Positions 47,886-58,800 of a stretch of DNA of 64,000 bases are shown in pieces (position 1 is the stretch's first letter; every line of letters starts with the position of its first letter). The position numbers and the translations under genes were made by a program. The DNA comes from Escherichia phage 241Ecol014PP: the sequence record OR062943.1. One strand, 5' to 3'. The notes beneath the pieces were generated by a model. That model was not told the DNA's origin. It saw nothing but the letters and a program-made list of their open reading frames with translations, and made no database searches.

Positions 47886-48572
47886 ATGGCAGAGATTAAG
47901 TCGGATGTTAACCACATCCACACTCTGCCAGATTTTGTTCAGGGGGGTCTTGACTACCTACCTGGAGATTTTCTGGCTGAGAAGGTTAATTTAGTCACAT
48001 TCTTAACCGTATACCTTAAAAGGTTGGAGGATGTTGATAAGATGCTGGTAGGTTTGGCTGAAGGAAGATTGCTTAACAATGCCAGCGGAAGATACCTTGA
48101 CGAAGTTGGTAATCAACTTGGTATTCTTAGGAATGGACTTTCAGATGCTGATTTTCGTGCCACACTAATTATTCAGCAGGCCGCAGCATCAAGGGGCGGG
48201 ACTCGCGAAGATGTCATCTCCACCTTGCGACAATTGTTCGGAAGAGACAATTTCGATACGTGGAAAGGAGACAACTTCAGGTTTGACATAAATATTAGAA
48301 AAACTTGCTTTGACATATTGCAGTCTATCGATCAGATCTTAGATATGCTACCATTGCCTTGTCATTTGCGTCTTACAGAATCGCAAGGGCAAGCTTTTGG
48401 TTTTGAAGGGGACTCTACAGCTCTGGGCTTCGGATCAGTGTGGGAAGAAAACCAATTCGGAGTTGGTGGGCTGGCTACTTTGCTGTATGTTCCTGACGTA
48501 AGACCTGATTGGGACACCACAACCATTTATTGTGAAAGTATTACAGTAAACGCAACTAGACAGGAGGGTTAA
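47886..48572 (+). CDS. tail protein (228 aa, unassigned)
   Basis: ORF-track ORF. Confidence 0.3.
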   Translation: MAEIKSDVNHIHTLPDFVQGGLDYLPGDFLAEKVNLVTFLTVYLKRLEDVDKMLVGLAEGRLLNNASGRYLDEVGNQLGILRNGLSDADFRATLIIQQAAASRGGTREDVISTLRQLFGRDNFDTWKGDNFRFDINIRKTCFDILQSIDQILDMLPLPCHLRLTESQGQAFGFEGDSTALGFGSVWEENQFGVGGLATLLYVPDVRPDWDTTTIYCESITVNATRQEG

Positions 48573-50644
48573 TGGCAACAGCTGTTTTTAAACCTTACCG
48601 TGATTACTCTACAATGGCTGCACAGTTTCATTACCGAACAGTTCAGGATACTGCCGTTCCTGGTAGAGATTATAATCATGTTGAGGGCGATGTAACTATC
48701 CCAATTGGGGCAACCAGTATTGAGATCCCCGTGGAAATTGTTGACAAATTACCCAACAGGTTGCCAAGAAGCTTCTTTATGGAGTTTTCATCAAAATCTC
48801 AAGGGGTAATGATTGGAACACAAAGGGCGAAATGTACAATAGTTTCAGATGAGAATCTCGACAGGATATCTTGGGATACTGTTGAGGAGAGAATGTTCCA
48901 CCCAAGATATTGGGTTACAACTACTCAGCAGACTGAAAGTACCTGTATTGTTGCAGATAACAACTGTTGTATTAACCGTTTAGTGTCAAGAACATATGGA
49001 GGTATGGCTGGGTGCATTTGGGAAACAGTTGACAAGTATGACCATTTCGGCATTGGGTTTGATGATCATTATGAGATGAGAAACACCAAGCTATGGTTCA
49101 GAATGTCAATAACCAACGCCAGCAACTTCTCCACTCCTGAAAAGATGATTATGACTGTAGACCTTGTTGATGGCACAATCATCTATGTTCCTTTAGCTCA
49201 ATATGCTGTCAGCATCTCAGAGGATAAGAATGTTGCAGAAATTCATATTGATTTTGAGGACTGCGTCGGGATGGACCAGAACAACAACATGATGGGTGTT
49301 GATCCTCGGCAGGTGAGAAGGATTTTAATACCACTTATGCCTAAAGACTGGGTAAGTAACAGCACAGACCCGAGAACGGAAAACGTAGAGTGTGAGTTGC
49401 GCCTAGATCTGCTTCAGCCAGACACAGGCTGGAAAATGATGCAACTTAATAATATCCAGGTGAAAGAACACGACGTTGGAATCTGCACAGCATATGACGA
49501 TATGTGGAACGTATCCCCTTTAAGGGTGTTGAACAATATCAAACGTCTGGGCTATACCGGAACCATAAACCATTATGTTGGTATGAGTCATTATTATGAC
49601 TACACATGGTCAGGAACCCAATGGTCTATAAACAAAACAGGAGCGCTAAACGCTGCAGCTTATAAATGGCATGATGATTTTATGTACAATGCCAAACGAC
49701 ATAACTTCGACGTTATGCAATCTGTAAGTTTTGAGCTTTTCAGTGATGCCTGCCCGTTGGAATGGACCCAAAGAGACTGGAACGATAACTACGCTAAAAC
49801 AGGGTATACACCTTGTAGTTACCTCCTGTCTCCAACCATTGAAGAGGGTATGAATTTTCTTACTGCAGTATTTAAGAATTTTGCATCAGCCGCTATGAGA
49901 AACAATCTGCCAGTGATTATGCAGGTTGGTGAACCATGGTGGTGGTACAATACCGATACTCGTAGACCTTGTATTTATGATTACCCTACAAAGCAGGCGT
50001 TTTATGATGAGACAGGTGAGTATGCATTAGATATTGGGACTATTGACGATCCTAAAACTGGCGGTGTTTACGATAAGTATGTAGCATTTTGTCGTGGTAA
50101 GCTTGGCGCTCGTATTGCAGCTATTTCAAAGGCAATAAAGGCACACGCTGCATCAGCTCAGATGACAGCTTTGCTGTTTTTCCCAACCATCATGGAAACC
50201 GAGCTTACACAAAAGCTGAACCTTGCTGACCAATATAAAAAGGAAGCAGGTGCTCTTGATTTCTTCTGTACCGAGTGCTACGATTGGGTGATGCAGGGAG
50301 GTATTGAAAAGGCAAAAGAGTCTGTAAACATACCTATCGTTAAGTTAGGCTGGCAACCGTCTGAAATACAATACCTTGCAGGGTTCGTTCCTAGTAAAGA
50401 GCTTGCTCCGGTATATGGCTACGACCCAACTAGGAATTACCAAGAATTTTTATGGAGATGTATTTGCGGAAACATGGCAACTATAGAGTATAGATACCCT
50501 GAGGTAAAACAGTATGTGTGGGCATACCCGCAAGTAATGTCTGACAGCATCACTGTTACCGCTAGAGATTCTACCGTGCTTCATATGGGGCAGGTTGCTC
50601 TGAAAGGGTATGTAGAAGATGTTGTCCCGCCAGACTTCTCATAA
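48572..50644 (+). CDS. tail-associated protein (690 aa), possible enzymatic spike
   Basis: N-terminal Calx-beta-like segment (HYRTVQDTAVPGRDYNHVEGDVTIPIGATSIEIPVEIVD); remainder unassigned. Confidence 0.3.
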   Translation: MATAVFKPYRDYSTMAAQFHYRTVQDTAVPGRDYNHVEGDVTIPIGATSIEIPVEIVDKLPNRLPRSFFMEFSSKSQGVMIGTQRAKCTIVSDENLDRISWDTVEERMFHPRYWVTTTQQTESTCIVADNNCCINRLVSRTYGGMAGCIWETVDKYDHFGIGFDDHYEMRNTKLWFRMSITNASNFSTPEKMIMTVDLVDGTIIYVPLAQYAVSISEDKNVAEIHIDFEDCVGMDQNNNMMGVDPRQVRRILIPLMPKDWVSNSTDPRTENVECELRLDLLQPDTGWKMMQLNNIQVKEHDVGICTAYDDMWNVSPLRVLNNIKRLGYTGTINHYVGMSHYYDYTWSGTQWSINKTGALNAAAYKWHDDFMYNAKRHNFDVMQSVSFELFSDACPLEWTQRDWNDNYAKTGYTPCSYLLSPTIEEGMNFLTAVFKNFASAAMRNNLPVIMQVGEPWWWYNTDTRRPCIYDYPTKQAFYDETGEYALDIGTIDDPKTGGVYDKYVAFCRGKLGARIAAISKAIKAHAASAQMTALLFFPTIMETELTQKLNLADQYKKEAGALDFFCTECYDWVMQGGIEKAKESVNIPIVKLGWQPSEIQYLAGFVPSKELAPVYGYDPTRNYQEFLWRCICGNMATIEYRYPEVKQYVWAYPQVMSDSITVTARDSTVLHMGQVALKGYVEDVVPPDFS

Positions 50645-50656
50645 TCAGGAGATAAA

Positions 50657-51697
50657 ATGTCAAAACCTAGTTTTCCATTAGAGATTTGGGCAGAGGAGGA
50701 TCAGGTTCTGCCTAACACCCACAGACAGAACAGGCTACGCCCGATTGATGATTTGTGGAGAAAAGGTTGGGATCTTGGTCAAAAGCCCTCATGTGAAGAA
50801 CTTAACTATATTTTCAATATGCTCGGGACTTGGGCAAAATACATTGCTGACGAGCAGATCCCCGCTCAAGAAGGCCGTTATCTGGTACGTGATAATAACT
50901 TGAGTGATCTTTTGAACATTCCTGTTGCCCGTAGAAACCTTGGGATTATTACTAAGGAAGAGGCAGACGCCAGGTATGTAAAAGTTACAGGTGATACAAT
51001 GACAGGCCCACTGGGTTTGCAACGTATCAACTTTAAAGCTGCCGAGACAGATAAGGCTTGGATAGAGACAACTATTGGCCCAGATAAGACAACTCTCGAC
51101 TTTGGGTTAAGTGATAATATTGGGTCGTTTGATGATGGTGGCACATCTACAATAGATGCGTTTCGTTGGAGATTCCAGCCAACTCAGCCGGATATTAATC
51201 CAGAGTTCACTTTGATGTACCTTAACGCGATCACGGCTAACCGTGCGCTGTTGAAAGTGGTCGGCAATGTTGAAGTTGTCGATAACATGAGGTGCAATAA
51301 CCTTACTATCAGCAATACAGCAACATTCACCAACTGTAATGTGGCTAGTCAGTTGACGGCTGGGTCAGTATATGTTAATGGTGGTGCAAGTTGTGACAGT
51401 ATGGTTGTAAGAAGCCAGCACTGTGTTGTAGGTAACAGAAATGTGGTTCGCTCTGTGAACGGAGTGACGGCTAACGGTAACGGTGATGTAACGATCACTA
51501 TCCCGCAGACGGGTGTGCAAGACATCAGAATCGGTGCAAGACTTGTGGACGGCGTTTCTGAATCTCCAATCCGCAACGGCTACGTTGTCACAGGCTGGCA
51601 TTTCGGTGACAAAAAAGAGATGCGTGGTTCAACTTACTGGGCAGGACCTTTACAAAAACTTGTAAATGGTCAATGGATCACTGTTAATTATGCATAG
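50657..51697 (+). CDS. side tail fibre-like protein, copy 1
   Basis: GDTMTGPLGLQRI motif; paralogous to 52709-53755 (shared termini, ...KLVNGQWIT(V/I).YA); followed by a Tfa. Confidence 0.55.
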   Translation: MSKPSFPLEIWAEEDQVLPNTHRQNRLRPIDDLWRKGWDLGQKPSCEELNYIFNMLGTWAKYIADEQIPAQEGRYLVRDNNLSDLLNIPVARRNLGIITKEEADARYVKVTGDTMTGPLGLQRINFKAAETDKAWIETTIGPDKTTLDFGLSDNIGSFDDGGTSTIDAFRWRFQPTQPDINPEFTLMYLNAITANRALLKVVGNVEVVDNMRCNNLTISNTATFTNCNVASQLTAGSVYVNGGASCDSMVVRSQHCVVGNRNVVRSVNGVTANGNGDVTITIPQTGVQDIRIGARLVDGVSESPIRNGYVVTGWHFGDKKEMRGSTYWAGPLQKLVNGQWITVNYA

Positions 51698-51711
51698 ATC
51701 GGAGGACTAGC

Positions 51712-52296
51712 ATGAAAATACTTCAAGAGTTTAAACTTTACCAACCGGGATCTGGCGAATACCACGCCAACAAGGAAACCAAAGAGCTGACCCCTCAAGA
51801 GGTCGAGGATTACACCGCATACACTGGGTATTTTTTACGTAATGATGATGGTGATTGGTATGTGCAGTCACGAACATTACGACAAGAAAATCCAGGGTGT
51901 ATCTTCCTACTTGTTGACGAGAAGGGAATTCTTAAGACATCTACAGAAGAACCTGATGCCTTATGGCCTGCTCCAGGTCTTCGTGTGGTTATCGCCAAAA
52001 AAGAAGAGGTACCAGAAAACATTATGCTTCACCACGACGATTTGCGTTTAGTTGGTGATGAATTTGTCACAGACAATGAATTCTTTGTTCAACAGGCAGA
52101 GGGTGTCATAGAGACAGAACTTGCTTGGGCTACTGCTAGAATTGGTGCCTATCAAGACATGATTGACCTTGAATATGATCTTACTGATGACCAGAAACGT
52201 AACATCAGAGATTTGAAAATGTACAGGGTAAAACTTCTTGAAATAGATACATCTAAAGCCCCTGACATTTTCTTCCCGGAGCGACCTACCCTCTAA
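51712..52296 (+). CDS. tail fibre assembly chaperone (Tfa-like)
   Basis: C-terminus LKMYRVKLLEIDTSKAPDIFFPERP parallels the lambda Tfa C-terminus as I recall it (KKYRVLLNRVDTS.A.DI.WP..P); 194 aa. Confidence 0.7.
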   Translation: MKILQEFKLYQPGSGEYHANKETKELTPQEVEDYTAYTGYFLRNDDGDWYVQSRTLRQENPGCIFLLVDEKGILKTSTEEPDALWPAPGLRVVIAKKEEVPENIMLHHDDLRLVGDEFVTDNEFFVQQAEGVIETELAWATARIGAYQDMIDLEYDLTDDQKRNIRDLKMYRVKLLEIDTSKAPDIFFPERPTL

Positions 52297-52307
52297 GAGG
52301 AGGTGTT

Positions 52308-52622
52308 GTGGAGTTGGATTTGGCGGCATTGTACGGTATCTGCATGGGTACCGTTGTCCCGATCTGTGTATGGGCTTTCAACCAGTGGCACACCAAATGG
52401 AAAGGCATTTCCAAGAGGTTGGAAGAGCTGGAGAAAGACCTCATCTTAGTGAAAAACAGTATGGTTACAAAAGATAAACTTGATTCCGTTATAGAGACCC
52501 GGTTAAGCAAGCTAGAGGCCGATATTAACGACCTTAAGCAGGATGTCAGGACAGATGTCTCCGGCATCAGAGCCGATGTACAAAAGATTTTGCACATGCT
52601 CGTAGAGCATAGTAAAAGGTAA
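52308..52622 (+). CDS. membrane-anchored coiled-coil protein (104 aa)
   Basis: One N-terminal transmembrane segment (LAALYGICMGTVVPICVWAF) then charged coiled-coil; GTG after AGAGGAGG. Confidence 0.35.
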   Translation: MELDLAALYGICMGTVVPICVWAFNQWHTKWKGISKRLEELEKDLILVKNSMVTKDKLDSVIETRLSKLEADINDLKQDVRTDVSGIRADVQKILHMLVEHSKR

Positions 52623-52630
52623 ACAAAGGT

Positions 52631-52660
52631 CAGAACGGAAAGGACTCCGTTCTTGCATTT
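52631..52660 (+). terminator. hairpin with weak T-run
   Basis: GAACGGA...TCCGTTC hairpin then TTGCATTTTGTT. Confidence 0.4.
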
Positions 52661-52681
52661 TGTTCCCTAAAGTGTTAAAAT
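52653..52681 (+). promoter_or_regulatory. sigma70-like promoter TTGCAT-17-TAAAAT
   Basis: TGt-extended -10 at 52676-52681. Confidence 0.45.
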
Positions 52682-52708
52682 AGTCCTAAGGAATTTTCTC
52701 AGGAGAAC

Positions 52709-53755
52709 GTGATGACTAAACCAGTTATCCCTCTTGATATTTGGGCCAATCAGGATGTTGTGCTTGAAAATACGGGAGAGTTGAATAAGTCTCAACCAAA
52801 AAAAGAAGAGAGATTGAAAGGTTGGGATATGACACAAAGAGTGGCATGTGAAGTTGTTAACTTTGAACTTCACATGCTTTCTGCGTGGTTAAAGCATTTA
52901 ACAGAAGATGTTGTCCCAGGATGGGATAATAGATTCTTAAGGGTCACTAATAATCTAGCAGACGTTCCAGACAAAGCTGCTGCACGTCAAGTTCTCAATG
53001 TATACTCGCCTGAAGAAATGGACGATCTGTATGTTGACAAGTCTGGAGACATAATGACTCAGACTCAAACTTTAGGCCTTCAAAGAATCGAGTTTGCATC
53101 TGCGTCAACAGACAATGCGGCAATATATACCACCATAACTCCAGACAAGACGACGATGGACTTCTGGATTATGGACAACATCGGTGGTGCTGACGGCACA
53201 GACCTTGATGATCCTTCTCACCAAATAGACGGGTTCCGTTGGAGATTTCAACCTTCTGGTGGGCAGCCTGTGTTTTCGGCTATGAAGCTCAATGCTATAA
53301 CTGCCAACCGTGCAAGACTGGCTATCCAAGGAAATCTTGAATGCAACGATGCAAAAAGTTCCTCTGCAAATGCCAATGCGGTCACGATACCAAGAGCCAC
53401 TGTTAACGGACAACAATCCTGCGGAAGCGCTCAAATAGGTGGAAGAGTTGATTGTAACGATGAAACCGTTAGAGGCCAATATGCAACCGTTGGTGGAAGA
53501 AACGTGGTCCGCAGGGTAAACGGTAACAGCGCAGACGGTAGTGGTAACCTTACTGTCCCTATGCCCAGTAGAGGGGTTGACGATGTAAGGATAGCGAACC
53601 GTTTCAAAACCACCTACAGAGAGTCAAGAGTCTACCCTGGACATGTGATGTGCTCTGGTAACTACGCTTATAAACACCCTTATCAAGGTGATTACTGGAC
53701 AGGTGCTATCCAAAAACTTGTAAACGGTCAATGGATCACTATATCTTATGCTTAA
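52709..53755 (+). CDS. side tail fibre-like protein, copy 2 (paralogue)
   Basis: Same N- and C-terminal architecture as 50657-51697, divergent middle. Confidence 0.55.
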   Translation: MMTKPVIPLDIWANQDVVLENTGELNKSQPKKEERLKGWDMTQRVACEVVNFELHMLSAWLKHLTEDVVPGWDNRFLRVTNNLADVPDKAAARQVLNVYSPEEMDDLYVDKSGDIMTQTQTLGLQRIEFASASTDNAAIYTTITPDKTTMDFWIMDNIGGADGTDLDDPSHQIDGFRWRFQPSGGQPVFSAMKLNAITANRARLAIQGNLECNDAKSSSANANAVTIPRATVNGQQSCGSAQIGGRVDCNDETVRGQYATVGGRNVVRRVNGNSADGSGNLTVPMPSRGVDDVRIANRFKTTYRESRVYPGHVMCSGNYAYKHPYQGDYWTGAIQKLVNGQWITISYA

Positions 53756-53766
53756 AAAGAGGGTAA

Positions 53767-54033
53767 ATGAAACTAACTCAGTTTTTATGGGGACTGGTTG
53801 CGGCATCTGATGACCCTACGAAAGTATCCCAATCTAAGCTATGGTCGAACATAGGCATGGCGGTGATGACTGGGGTGTTTATTCATATGGGGTATAATGA
53901 TACGCTTCCTGAATGGTATGCGTGGATATATGCACCTTCAGTAGCCTGCCCCCAGCTTATTAGCAAATTCATCTCGCTCCGGTGGGGTTGCCAGCACCCT
54001 GACCACGTTAAAAACGAAGAGCAAAAAGCTTAA
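53767..54033 (+). CDS. small hydrophobic protein (88 aa)
   Basis: Hydrophobic segments (IGMAVMTGVFIHMGY, YAWIYAPSVA) and charged C-terminus. Confidence 0.3.
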   Translation: MKLTQFLWGLVAASDDPTKVSQSKLWSNIGMAVMTGVFIHMGYNDTLPEWYAWIYAPSVACPQLISKFISLRWGCQHPDHVKNEEQKA

Positions 54034-54042
54034 GGAGAAATC

Positions 54043-55788
54043 ATGGCGCAAGACATGACAAGCTTCGAGCAGGCGGTAGATCAAGTAATTGTTGATTCTG
54101 AACGTTTGCACTTGATTGTCAACGGTAACGCTGTGGATGAAGTTGTCGTAGAGGATGGGACCACTATCCCTACGGTACGAAAAGCCATGCTTGACACCCT
54201 TTATTTTAAAACGCCACCAATCCCTTGGGCGTATGGTGCATCCACAACAGTTTTTAACCAGTTGTATGAGTTTAAAGGGGATACAGGCACTCAGTGGTGG
54301 TACGCCCCAGCAGCATCAAAATCTAACCCGGTTAGAATGCCAGCAGATCCTTCACAATCTCCAAACTGGAGATTATACACCGACTCTGCAGTAATGGCAA
54401 AATACTACGCAAAACTTAACAGCCCAAGGTTCGAAGGTGACCCGCGAGTACCTACACCTCCAATGGACGATAAGTCAGAGTCCATAGCAAACACAGAGTT
54501 TGTTGTTGACTATGTTGATAGCATATTTAAAGCCATGGAGGGGATGAAAGTTACTGTAGGATCTTTGGTGGTAAAAGGTCTTACAGAACTCGCTAACACT
54601 ATAGTTGGTGGCACCCTTACCTTACATGGACCTGTTAATGGGGCAGATTCTACTGCACGCTTTAGGAATCTAATCCTCACGGCAAATACTTCTACACTTA
54701 CTTTTGCGTGGAGCGATCCTAAGCATGCAGACTGGAGAAGTACAGAGCTGCAACCTCATGAAGTGTCCACCCACAGGGTTATAGCTGACACTATAACTTC
54801 TGGGAAACCAGTGGCTAATAATAACGATGTGCATTTTGATGGTCTGGGTAATAACTTTTTTGACTACGTGTACATTCGTGGTAATGCCATGAAGGCAGCA
54901 ACCGAGCCGACATTGCAGGTCGATGGGACCGCCAGGGTTAAGAACCTTGAGGTGACAGGCACCGTTACAGGGATAACATACTCTGTCGATGGCACCATGA
55001 TCTACCCTAGCTATATTGAAAGCACGGGTGATGCATTGATAAATGGCGATTTGGAGGTTGGCGGATCTGTAGTTATTCGAGGTACAGCCTCTATCCAAAA
55101 CATAGCTCTGAATACCCTAAGAGTCAATGAGCGTGCAACTTTTGAAGGGGAAGGACTTACAGCCAACAAAGGTGTAATTACCGAGCTGACAACCACTACT
55201 TTAACTGCAACAACTGCAAACTCTGAAAACTGCAACGTTACCAGAAACTTGCAGGTAAATGGAGATGTTAGTTTAAACGCAGCAGGGACGGGCACCACCT
55301 ACCTTCACAACCTTGAAATATCCGGCACAGTGACTGGGTGGCTGCCAGACTTCTCTAATGTCAACTTTGTTTGTAATGGCATTAACTCCAGTGGCAAGAT
55401 AACCACCTCTCAAGAAATTGAGGCGGGTAAAACCATTACTGCCCCTACTTTCCACGCAGGAAAGGTAGATTTTGATTTAGAGGAGGTTGACGCGTCCAGT
55501 GGGACATGGACACCTAACGGGCAGGCCAGTATGTATGTTGTCCACGCGAAAGGGGATTTTACAATAGGACAATGGCCTGGGACATCAGCGGAAGATAAAC
55601 CTTATCCATTCACTGCAGTTATCTATGTCATTCAGGATGCTGTAGGTCACAACGTGACTTTGCACGATAAGTATGCTATCCTGTCGGCAACACCTGTTAT
55701 TAACAACAAGGCTAACAGTGTTACCTTGCTGCAATTAACGTATTGTGGTGTTGGTGATATTGTAGACGTAGTAATTGCACAACGTTAA
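54043..55788 (+). CDS. tail fibre or spike protein (581 aa)
   Basis: Thr/Gly/Asn-rich beta-type repeats (TGTVTGITYSVDGT, LNAAGTGTTYLHNLEISGTVTGW). Confidence 0.4.
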   Translation: MAQDMTSFEQAVDQVIVDSERLHLIVNGNAVDEVVVEDGTTIPTVRKAMLDTLYFKTPPIPWAYGASTTVFNQLYEFKGDTGTQWWYAPAASKSNPVRMPADPSQSPNWRLYTDSAVMAKYYAKLNSPRFEGDPRVPTPPMDDKSESIANTEFVVDYVDSIFKAMEGMKVTVGSLVVKGLTELANTIVGGTLTLHGPVNGADSTARFRNLILTANTSTLTFAWSDPKHADWRSTELQPHEVSTHRVIADTITSGKPVANNNDVHFDGLGNNFFDYVYIRGNAMKAATEPTLQVDGTARVKNLEVTGTVTGITYSVDGTMIYPSYIESTGDALINGDLEVGGSVVIRGTASIQNIALNTLRVNERATFEGEGLTANKGVITELTTTTLTATTANSENCNVTRNLQVNGDVSLNAAGTGTTYLHNLEISGTVTGWLPDFSNVNFVCNGINSSGKITTSQEIEAGKTITAPTFHAGKVDFDLEEVDASSGTWTPNGQASMYVVHAKGDFTIGQWPGTSAEDKPYPFTAVIYVIQDAVGHNVTLHDKYAILSATPVINNKANSVTLLQLTYCGVGDIVDVVIAQR

Positions 55789-55795
55789 TATATCT

Positions 55796-55824
55796 AACCG
55801 CTCCTGACGGGGCGGTTTTCTTAT
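55796..55824 (+). terminator. intrinsic terminator
   Basis: ACCGCTCC-tgac-GGGGCGGT hairpin plus TTTCTTA. Confidence 0.55.
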
Positions 55825-55836
55825 CTGGAGAACACA

Positions 55837-58800
55837 ATGCTTCCAATCCCTTTGCTAAAACTTGGTCGTCATTTCCTCGATAAGAGGGGTGGAATTAAGG
55901 AACTTGCTGTTCTGTCATACCCAATAGACAACAGTGATGGTACAAGCAACACAGTATCCTATGTAAATAGCTTAGCTATACTTTTTGATGATGGTCAGCT
56001 TAATATTACTGGCTATAATAGGTTCGGAGAGTGTCGGACTGGAGATCTTGATACAATAAACTATCCTAATGAGGCTGCCTGGAACGTTGATCATGTGTGG
56101 AGAGCAGACCGTGCGTTTGTGATCCGAACTTTTGATAACCAGTTTTTCTACATCGGCTGCACTGCAGGGCTTATTGGGTCTGATGCTGCAGGCGGTAATG
56201 ATGTTTGTGTAAGAGAGTGGACACCTCTTCCTGAACAGATCGTTAAAGGGTTGCACCTTGACACCCACCCAGAGCGCCTTATTGAGGTGATGGGTGGTAT
56301 TAACAACACTGTCTGGGTTATTGCAGAGGCAGAAGGCACTGGCATACTTAACCTGTATGGATCTGGTAACAACACCTACGGATCTTTGCATGTAGATAAA
56401 AACCAGCATGCAACCCCTGTAAAGATTGGTGAGACATCGGAAAATCCTGAAACAGGCCCTTGGAAAAACCCAAGCATCAACTGTGAGGTGCATGACAACT
56501 CTGTTATTTTCGGTGGTCCTAGGGGTTTCTGGATTGCTGGATACGACTTTCTAAGAAATAACAGTAGAAACGACCTTGTTTGGCCTCCTGTGCAGATTAC
56601 TCGTAACGATTTGAGAGGCATTCCTGCAGATGAGGAGTGGAAAGGGTTTATGTGCGGTCCTAACGGGGCAATAATTGCCACACAGAGGATGCACACACCT
56701 AATGACCAGCAGCTTGTTAACGTATTCTACGGGCAAGACGTTTGGGGAGATGACACATGGCGTTCCTTAAATATCACCTACACCCATGAGGTGATAATGG
56801 CTCGTGGATACGGCACAAGTGGCATTTTCTTCAATAATGGCACTAAACAGTATCGTGGATTCTCTCGCAACTTGTGTAATGATATTGGTGCACAATCTGC
56901 AAACAATAGCCCTAGGGCTAATTTTATCCACTATCAGGCTCTTGCTACAGCTAAATATGTTGAGCAACGCCTGCCAGTTAGCTGGACAGAGAGTGTTTAT
57001 TTCCAAGGCATCCACAGGGAAGGTTTCTTAGGAACCTTTACTGTTGTTAATGGCAAACTTTGGTGGTCAGGCATCCCAAGGGGAAGTTTTGCAGGCTCTA
57101 ACAACCTGTTTGGCGGCAGACTTAATAGCCAGGGGTTCACAGAGGTTCCTGAGAATTGGTATAAAAATGTCCCGGTAGATAGTTGGGGTGTTGATGATAT
57201 TTTCGACGTTAACGGTGTTAGCAGCGTTAGCAATATTTACATTGGTGACACGGTCAAGATGAAATTGAAGCCTCAGCCAGAGGGGGCTACGTTCATTATT
57301 GACAAGATTGAACTGGTAAATGCTGCAGGCACGGTTGTTACAGATGCAAATTACCAATTCTCCACCAACTGGAACCACGGCGGGGCCAACGAAGTTGTTG
57401 TTACCCAATATAACAGAAATGTTAACAGACGTGGACTGTACTCTGTAAAAATAACCTATCATGACAAACATGGCACAGGCAGAACCCACACAACAAGGAC
57501 TTTGAACTGGAACACTATCGTCCCAGCGTACCCGTCTGATGGTAAATGGCATACTGTCGGTAGAAACAAACAGTTCCATGTTAATGATACTGTATACTTT
57601 GGGCTGAATGCGGCTCAGCCTGCAGTAGAAGGGGATACATCGTATATGGTCAGACTCCACAGAATGGATGCTGGATCAGTAACTTATGATGTTACCCAAG
57701 AGATTTATAATCAGCGACGAAATACCTATGATAACTTGGTGCAGACACAGGCCTTATGGGAGTTCAACCCAAACGGCAGAGGTGGTAAAATGTTGCAGGT
57801 CAATGAACAAAACGGGACATCGTTGACTGTCCATGAACATCCAAATCCTTGGCCTGATCCTGGAAAACCTAACTCTGGTGCTCGTACACTGAAAATTGTT
57901 AGCCATGATGCAGGATATTTCGGAATACGCTGGGAAGCCACAGTAAGATATGCCGACGGGACAACAAACAATATAGGGATCACCCTTGGTGGCACTAGTG
58001 AGGATAACTCACTGAAAATTGCCTACACCCCTAGAGGCATCTCTATTGACAATATGGATGTTGTTCGCAACGGTTACGGCGATGTGAATGTCAAAGTTAC
58101 TCTTGGCGAACATCTTGGTGGGGAAAGGATCATCATGTATGCCTTTGATCATGATCCGCGCACCAATGGGACTTATGCAAATCAGGCATGGAGTTATCTG
58201 ATAAATGCACCTGAGCCGAATACTAAAGAGTTCTACTACGGTATGAAGCGAGATGTGTGCAAGAAAACAGGAACACATGACTGGATTGCTATCTGCGTTA
58301 AAGATGAGCGCACAGCTTGGGATGAGCCTGTTAACAGATGGTTCATAGGTATTCCTACCAGAAGTGATAAGTATGTCGCAGAATATATTGTATGCATGGG
58401 CGGTACCAACCTAAACATGTGTTGGAACGAAGATGTAAACAAATACTCTGATTATGACTATATGAGGGATTACTCTTGTAATTTGTGGTTTAACCAAACT
58501 ACAGGTTACCCTCCGCGTCAGGCAAGGGTAAATCCTGCAATCTTTACAGATACGCAGGTTTTCTTGACAAAACAGGCCAACGAGGTCCAGACCTTCAAGA
58601 ACAAATACGACCCTAATAAGTGGTTCTATAACTGCTATGGGGCATTTTTCTGGGGACCTGGAGAATTACCTGGTGGTGGCTCTTGTTTTGAGGCTGCAAC
58701 TTACGCCAGTGACAGATTTATGGGCCAGGTCAAGAAATACAAGATAATTCCAGGGCCTGAAACTTTAGGCAACGCTGTCGACCCCTATATCATCATGAGT

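Noticed and set aside
42439-55788. Diversity-generating retroelement targeting tail fibres
   Set aside because: No reverse transcriptase ORF in the window.
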